Of a stretch of DNA of 64,000 nucleotides, positions 58,324 to 64,000 are shown in pieces. A program made the position numbers and the translations under genes. The first letter of the stretch is position 1; every line of letters begins with the position of its first letter. Below the pieces are notes generated by a model. That model was not told the DNA's origin. It worked only from the letters and a program-made list of their open reading frames with translations, and did not search any database. This stretch comes from an uncultured Desulfobacter sp. (GTDB lineage Bacteria > Desulfobacterota > Desulfobacteria > Desulfobacterales > Desulfobacteraceae): NCBI GenBank assembly GCA_963665095.1, contig OY762069.1:5312001-5376000 (forward strand). The letters are read 5' to 3'.

Positions 58324-59373
58324 ATGGCCATGTTTATTGATTCATTTGAAATCGGTTCCCGCACATTTATCGTGGCTGAATTGTCTGCAAACCATGGCGG
58401 CAGCATTGAGACAGCCAAAAGAACAATCAAAGCGGCAAAGGAGGCCGGAGCCGATGCAGTAAAGATTCAGACATATACTGCAGACACCATGACTATAGAT
58501 TCGGATAACCCCTGTTTTATTCTTAATGAAGGCACCATCTGGGATGGCCGCAGTTTCTACAGTCTTTACCAGGAAGCGTTTACACCCTGGGAGTGGCAAA
58601 AGGCGTTGATGGATTATGCAAAGCACCTAGGCCTGGTTTTTTTTTCCACCCCCTTTGATAAAACGGCTGTTGACTTCCTGGAAGATTTAGGAACCCCGGC
58701 GTACAAGGTAGCGTCATTTGAGATTGTGGATATTCCGCTCATCGAATATATGGCATCCATGGGCAAACCCATAATGATATCCACCGGCATTGCAGGATTT
58801 GTTGATATCGAGCTGGCCGTAGATACCTGTCGGAAGGCTGGTAACGATCAGATTATCCTGCTGGCGTGTACCTCCTCTTATCCGGCTCAGATAGCGGACG
58901 CCAATTTAAACATGCTTCCCCATATGAAAAAGACGTTTGGCGTGGAAGTGGGCCTGTCCGACCACACCGCCGGAGATATTGTGCCTGTGACGGCTGTGGC
59001 ATTGGGGGCAAAGGTGGTTGAAAAGCATTTTATTCTGGATAAATCCGTGGGCGGCCCGGATGCTTTTTTTTCAATGCTTCCCCATGAGTTTGCCCGGATG
59101 GCCCAACGCATCCGGCAGGCGGAAGACGCCCTGGGCAGGGTTGACTACAGCATAACGGCGCAAAAAAAAAGAAGCCGCCTTCATGGCCGTTCCCTTTTCG
59201 CTATAAAGGATATCCGGCAGGGGGAACAGTTCACCCCGGAGAATGTGCGATCCATCCGCCCGGGATATGGCCTGCCGCCCAAGGAGATGGGAAAGGTGCT
59301 GGGTGCAAGGGCATCACAGGATATTAAGAGAGGAACACCGCTTGGCTGGCAGCTGATAACGCCGGTGGCCTGA
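58324..59373 (+). CDS. pseI: Pseudaminic acid synthase PseI
   Basis: AELSANH, KIQTYTADTMT, YKVASFE, GLSDHT, EKHF, C-terminal SAF domain (IRPGYGL). Confidence 0.93.
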   Translation: MAMFIDSFEIGSRTFIVAELSANHGGSIETAKRTIKAAKEAGADAVKIQTYTADTMTIDSDNPCFILNEGTIWDGRSFYSLYQEAFTPWEWQKALMDYAKHLGLVFFSTPFDKTAVDFLEDLGTPAYKVASFEIVDIPLIEYMASMGKPIMISTGIAGFVDIELAVDTCRKAGNDQIILLACTSSYPAQIADANLNMLPHMKKTFGVEVGLSDHTAGDIVPVTAVALGAKVVEKHFILDKSVGGPDAFFSMLPHEFARMAQRIRQAEDALGRVDYSITAQKKRSRLHGRSLFAIKDIRQGEQFTPENVRSIRPGYGLPPKEMGKVLGARASQDIKRGTPLGWQLITPVA

Positions 59374-59434
59374 ATTCCTCACAGGAACCTTTGCGTCCAA
59401 ACACTAAATAAAACAGCGGCCGGGAGATTGAGGT

Positions 59435-60262
59435 ATGGGTTACACGATTAATGCAGATGAAGTGCAAATAGGCAGATATGTCACCATAGAAGATGGTGTG
59501 TTTATTGGTGATAAACAGGGGGGTAACTGCAAGAAAGTCATTATCGGTGACGGGGTGTTCCTCGGTAAAAATTCCCGGTTTTTTTTGCCGAGCCTGGAAA
59601 TTGGAGACTATACCACCATTAACAATACGGCTTTTGGCAGTGGGGACAAGGCGTGCATCATAGGCAGTTGCTGCTGGTTTGGTCAGAATTGCATCCTGGA
59701 TTCCGAAGGGGGGCTGGAAATACATAACGGCGTCGGGGTGGGGGCATATTCCCAGTTGTGGAGTCATATCCTGTTCGGGGATACATTACAGGGCTGCAAC
59801 TGGGACCAAAAAAAAAGGCTGATTGTTGAAGATGATGTCTGGTTTGTGGGACATTGCATTGTTTCTCCTGTTCATGCCTATAAAAAAAGCATGGCCCTGG
59901 CAGGTACTGTGGTGACCAGGGATATGCAGGAGAACCATATCTATGCAGGTACGCCGGCAAAGGATGTGACATCTGTCCTGGGACATCAGTTCAATGAGCG
60001 GCATGTGGAAGAGAAGTTTGATATCCTTTGTGAGAAATACAAGGCATTTCTTCTGGAAAACCCTGATCTGCAGTCCCAGGCGGACAAAATTCAAATTGTT
60101 GCAGATGCGGGTGGTATAGAAAACATGGAAGGGGTGACCTATTTTAACGTGGCTGACCGGACGTACAATAAACTGCTGACAGAGATTGAGCACAGGTTTA
60201 TGAAGTACTTGCTTGTTCAGATTAAATTCTTTGACAGAAACAGGCAAGAATCCTTCATGTAG
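59435..60262 (+). CDS. Hexapeptide-repeat acyltransferase
   Basis: IGRYVTI, IGDGVFL, IGDYTTI, VEDDVWF, IYAGTPAK. Confidence 0.8.
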   Translation: MGYTINADEVQIGRYVTIEDGVFIGDKQGGNCKKVIIGDGVFLGKNSRFFLPSLEIGDYTTINNTAFGSGDKACIIGSCCWFGQNCILDSEGGLEIHNGVGVGAYSQLWSHILFGDTLQGCNWDQKKRLIVEDDVWFVGHCIVSPVHAYKKSMALAGTVVTRDMQENHIYAGTPAKDVTSVLGHQFNERHVEEKFDILCEKYKAFLLENPDLQSQADKIQIVADAGGIENMEGVTYFNVADRTYNKLLTEIEHRFMKYLLVQIKFFDRNRQESFM

Positions 60263-61301
60263 GGCCTGCACCCCTCAAGTGTGAAATCACTCTTTTTCTC
60301 CCCCGGCCGTCAATCAGCCTGGCGCAATTTTGGGTGATTTGGTCTTTTAACGAGGTATCTTGTAACAGAGCAGATGCTTTCTTTGAAATGTCGCCGGCGG
60401 ATAAATCCGTATGCCTGCCGGCATTTATTCCTGCGCCGCTTTGAGCTATCTGCGCCATGGACAGGGCCTGGTTGTCTGCAGTGACAATAAACAGGGATGG
60501 AATTTGCATATATAAAAGTTCCCAGGCAGTACTGCCGCCTGCTGACACAGCAATATCCGCCCACAACATAAGCCCAGGCATATCAGTGGCGTTGGTAATG
60601 ATCTGGCAGGTGTGTGCGGATTTAGCAGCTTCCCTGTGAATGAGGTGGCCGTTTTGATTGCCGGGCCCCAGAACTATTTTGATATTCAGCGTTTGTTTTT
60701 GCAAGTGATCCAGCGCAGTCAGAACTTTTAATGTCACGTTGTCCGGATCTGTCCCCCCCATTGTAACAAGTACATTGGCAGGGCTTCCTATCCGTTGCCT
60801 TTTCTGCCTGTTTGCAGTTAAAAATTCATCCCTTAACATAATAAAATCTGGTCCGGATAGAGTAATCGTATCCGGCAGTGTTTTATAAACAAATTTATGT
60901 GCCCCCAGGTTTTGATTCAATATGATATCTGCATGGTAAAAAGGCAGGTGGTTATAGTCATCAATGATCAGCAGTTTGATTCCGGCAGCTTTTATTGTTT
61001 CATGGTAATCCGGCAGAAAGTGATAACCATCTACCACAAGGGCTGTGGCTGCTTTTTTTTTTGTAATCGAAACTATGGTTTCGATGTCCATTGGGTCGGG
61101 ATAGGGTTTGTCAATCAGGCATATGTTAAAGTTTAAGGCTTTTAATCTTTCAATCAGTGCGTCATTGGGGAGAGAGGAAACAAACGTGACCTTTCCGTTC
61201 TGTTTCTCCCATTCCTGTGCAAGGGAGATGCAGCGCATAATGTGTCCGGTGCCCATTTGTTTATCTGCATCGGCCCTGATGATAAGCGTTTGTTTTTCCA
61301 T
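60255..61301 (-). CDS. pseG: UDP-2,4-diacetamido-2,4,6-trideoxy-beta-L-altropyranose hydrolase PseG
   Basis: IRADA...GTGHIMRC, VDGY, VTMGGTD, AGGSTAWEL, IDGRG. Confidence 0.92.
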   Translation of the reverse strand: MEKQTLIIRADADKQMGTGHIMRCISLAQEWEKQNGKVTFVSSLPNDALIERLKALNFNICLIDKPYPDPMDIETIVSITKKKAATALVVDGYHFLPDYHETIKAAGIKLLIIDDYNHLPFYHADIILNQNLGAHKFVYKTLPDTITLSGPDFIMLRDEFLTANRQKRQRIGSPANVLVTMGGTDPDNVTLKVLTALDHLQKQTLNIKIVLGPGNQNGHLIHREAAKSAHTCQIITNATDMPGLMLWADIAVSAGGSTAWELLYMQIPSLFIVTADNQALSMAQIAQSGAGINAGRHTDLSAGDISKKASALLQDTSLKDQITQNCARLIDGRGRKRVISHLRGAGPT

Positions 61302-61339
61302 TTTTTTTGCGGAAGGGTGGTGATGTGTCCCTTTGCTTA

Positions 61340-63934
61340 TTACGTGGTTTTAGAAAAATTCAGGGCTGGCCGTTGCTGATGTGATTTGCCGCTAAGATAT
61401 ATCTCCCACATTTTTTGATAGGCTGCTTCCAGATCCCTGGTAAAAAGATCCGTATTAAATAAAGCGGTGGTATGCCTGTTTTGGGCAAGACGGGATTTAA
61501 TCTGCTCAAGTTTAAGAGGATTTAATGCCAACTCTGCAGCCATTTTTTCGTATCCAGCCAGGTCTTTTGCAATCAGGTCTGTCATGCCAATGGCTGTCAG
61601 GATACTTGTGGACATCCGTGAGGCAAAGTGAGACCCGGTCATGGTCAACACAGGAACCCCTGCCCAAAGGGCATCACTGGTGGATGCGGCTCCGCCTACA
61701 ATACGGGTGTCCAGCACCAGATCCGCCAGTCTCATCCGTGCCAGATGCTCTTGTTTGTCTAATTTGGGTGCAAAATGCAGTCGACCGGGATCCACTCCCA
61801 TATCCTGTGCTGCCCCTGTCAGGTTGTTTTCCATGGTCTGATTTTTACTGAGCAGCCACAGCACACTGTGTGGCACTTTCAGAAGGATTCTCATCCAGGC
61901 CTTGAAAATAACCGGGTCAATTTTATAGCTGGTGTTAAATGAACAGAACACAAACGCATTTTCAGGCAAACTTGTATCGGAGCGGTGCCATTTTCTGTCA
62001 GAGATTTTTTGTTCATTGTTGTTCACCTGGTAACAATGGGGGAGCCACACCGGCGTTTCCGCGTAAAATGGGAGGTCCTCTTCGGGAATGACTATGCGGT
62101 CCGCAATGATATAGTCAAAAAAATCAGCGCCGGTGGTGCCGGCCATGCCAAGGTACCGGGCCTGGACCGGGGCGGGGCGAAGGGAACAGATATCCATCCG
62201 GTCATTCTGGGTATGACCCATCAGATCAACAAGGATATCTACCTGGTCGGTGTTTATTTTTTCAGCCGCCTCAAGGGTGGAGGCCCGGCCCAAATCCACA
62301 AACCGGTCACAGTCTGCCTGGATCTGCCGGCGGTACTCGCTTCCGTCATCCTCGCAGGAGGCATAGCAGCAAATATTGAATGTATCTCGGTGGTGCCTGC
62401 GGAAAAGGCCGAGCATAATGTGGGCTGTGGGGTGATTGCGGAAATTGTTGGACAGATATCCAATGGTCAGTTTTCGGTTGCCTGTTTTTGTCCATGAAAA
62501 GTCGAAAGATGGCGAGAGGTTGGCTGTGCGCCTGGCAATAAAATTGCTCCAGGCCCGGGCCACCGCATGATTAAGTGCCGGGTCCGCGTGTCTGGAAATG
62601 TTGGAAAAAGGTGCTTCTGAAGGTTTTTCTCCGGATGCCAGGGCTTGTTGGGTCAAACGGTCAAGGCGGTCCCCTAAAACGGCAACTTTTTCCCACTGGC
62701 AGACATGTTGACACTGGTGGGTGAGTTCGGAAAGTGCTTCTGCCATATCCGGCTGAAAAAGCAATGCTGTTTCAAAACTTGTAATAGATTGATCCGTCCG
62801 CCCAAGCTTTTTTTCCAGAATTCCTTTATTCGCCCAGGCACTGGCACTCTCCGGTTCAAGCTCAATGGCTTTTTGGTATGCTGCCAGGGATTGTTCCATC
62901 TCTCCCATTTTTTCCAGAGCATTGCCTTTGTTGGTATGGGCATTGGCAAAATCGGGCTTGCTTTGAATCAGTGCCTCAAAGCAGGCAAGGGCCTGCTCCG
63001 GACAGCCCAGATCCAGCAGGGTGTTTCCAAGGTTGTTTTGGGCATTGATGTGGTGTGGTGAAAGGGATATGGTTTTGCGGAAGCAGGCAAGTGCATGGCT
63101 CAGTTCATGCTGCTCCTGAAAGACGGTTCCCATGTTGTAATAGGCGTCGGCGTAGTCGGGCTGAATTTCGATCGCCTTTTTGAACGCAGCAATGGCGTCG
63201 TCAAGGTCGCCCATTTTATATCGGGCGTTTCCAATGTTATAGTGTGCTTCAGCAAAATCGGGGTGGATGGTAAAAATTTTTTCAAAGCATAACATTGCCT
63301 GGCTGAAATCTCCCTGATTCATTAAAACCTGACCCAGATTGTTCAATATAGCAATATTACCCGGCTGAATTTGAAGTGCCGTCCTGTATTTTCCAATGGC
63401 CAGATCAGATTTCCCCTGTGCCTGGAACACAGTGCCCAGATTCAGATAGGCATTAATAAAATCCGGTTTAAGTGCCAGCGCCTTTTCATAGTGAAATACA
63501 GCAGATTCTGTATTGTTTTGGGCGCGAAAAACCGTGGCAAGGTTGTAATGGGCGTCAGTAAAATCCGGTTTGATTTTGATGGCTTTTTGATAACAGGGAA
63601 CCGCATCATCCAACAGGGATAACGCCATGAAGGCATTCCCCAGGTTGCTCAGATATACGGGATGGTTTGGTTCGCCTTTGACGGCCTTTTGAATCAGGTC
63701 TGCCGCCACTTTATTTTGCCCCGACTGAAGCGCAATGATCCCTAAAAGATGGAGTGTTTCCGGATGGTCCGGAAAACGGGACAGAATTTGTTTGTAAACC
63801 GTTTGCGCCTCAGTCAGGCGGCCGGCCTGATGAAGACCCTTACCCTGATTCAGGGCAGTTTCTATGCCTGAAGGCTTTTGGGGTTTTGGATTTTTTGGGC
63901 GGGATGGTTTTTTTCTGCCTTTTTTTTGACTCAC
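61340..63934 (-). CDS. TPR-repeat GT41 (O-GlcNAc transferase/SPINDLY-like) protein
   Basis: About 11 TPRs followed by IGYLS.NFRNHP, DILVDLMGHT, RPAPVQ, FCSFN..YKI, DALWAGVPV, LFNT. Confidence 0.92.
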   Translation of the reverse strand: MSQKKGRKKPSRPKNPKPQKPSGIETALNQGKGLHQAGRLTEAQTVYKQILSRFPDHPETLHLLGIIALQSGQNKVAADLIQKAVKGEPNHPVYLSNLGNAFMALSLLDDAVPCYQKAIKIKPDFTDAHYNLATVFRAQNNTESAVFHYEKALALKPDFINAYLNLGTVFQAQGKSDLAIGKYRTALQIQPGNIAILNNLGQVLMNQGDFSQAMLCFEKIFTIHPDFAEAHYNIGNARYKMGDLDDAIAAFKKAIEIQPDYADAYYNMGTVFQEQHELSHALACFRKTISLSPHHINAQNNLGNTLLDLGCPEQALACFEALIQSKPDFANAHTNKGNALEKMGEMEQSLAAYQKAIELEPESASAWANKGILEKKLGRTDQSITSFETALLFQPDMAEALSELTHQCQHVCQWEKVAVLGDRLDRLTQQALASGEKPSEAPFSNISRHADPALNHAVARAWSNFIARRTANLSPSFDFSWTKTGNRKLTIGYLSNNFRNHPTAHIMLGLFRRHHRDTFNICCYASCEDDGSEYRRQIQADCDRFVDLGRASTLEAAEKINTDQVDILVDLMGHTQNDRMDICSLRPAPVQARYLGMAGTTGADFFDYIIADRIVIPEEDLPFYAETPVWLPHCYQVNNNEQKISDRKWHRSDTSLPENAFVFCSFNTSYKIDPVIFKAWMRILLKVPHSVLWLLSKNQTMENNLTGAAQDMGVDPGRLHFAPKLDKQEHLARMRLADLVLDTRIVGGAASTSDALWAGVPVLTMTGSHFASRMSTSILTAIGMTDLIAKDLAGYEKMAAELALNPLKLEQIKSRLAQNRHTTALFNTDLFTRDLEAAYQKMWEIYLSGKSHQQRPALNFSKTT

Positions 63935-64000
63935 GGTGTTATTCCATACGGTTGAAGTAATCGCCAGTTTGATTCGAACGTTCAGGTGACGGTTGAAAAG

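Noticed and set aside
58637..61062. A/T homopolymers of 8-10 nt in pseI, the acyltransferase and pseG as phase-variation tracts
   Set aside because: All frames are intact, the runs encode Lys/Phe stretches, similar runs occur in unrelated genes (e.g. near 1723), and there are no long poly-G/C tracts.

Overview
Bacterial chromosomal window, most consistent with a Desulfobacteraceae-like member of Desulfobacterota (inference from gene content and protein style only). About 44 kb (7.8-51.4 kb) is a polar-flagellum gene cluster: fliK-flgD-flgE; fliLMNOPQR-flhB-flhA-flhF-flhG-fliA; a five-gene accessory operon; flgFGAHIJ; flgN-flgK-flgL-csrA-fliW; and on the minus strand two flagellins plus fliD-fliS-fliT-flaG. 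A flagellin-glycosylation locus follows (pseB, pseF, pseI, pseG, PIG-L deacetylase, formyltransferase, acyltransferase, two GT-B-like proteins, TPR-GT41). The left end carries SpoIID/LytB, MscS, CsgG/FlgT-like, YegD-type Hsp70 and rhodanese-ferritin genes. Six sigma54 and two sigma28 promoters are readable, plus two candidate enhancer motif classes. Most striking observations: (1) a FliL paralogue whose acidic cytoplasmic arm has about 9 copies of the FliM/CheZ-type CheY-P-binding peptide (xSQDDIDxLL); (2) oversized, acidic axial proteins (FlgE 926, FlgK 1414, FlgL 773 aa, duplicated FlgD module) built from shared, nested inserted domains; (3) two Campylobacter-type flagellins whose outer region is a Ser/Thr-rich hexapeptide repeat, probably a beta-solenoid. 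No mobile element, CRISPR array or RNA gene was recognised. All family assignments were made by eye; no database search was run.
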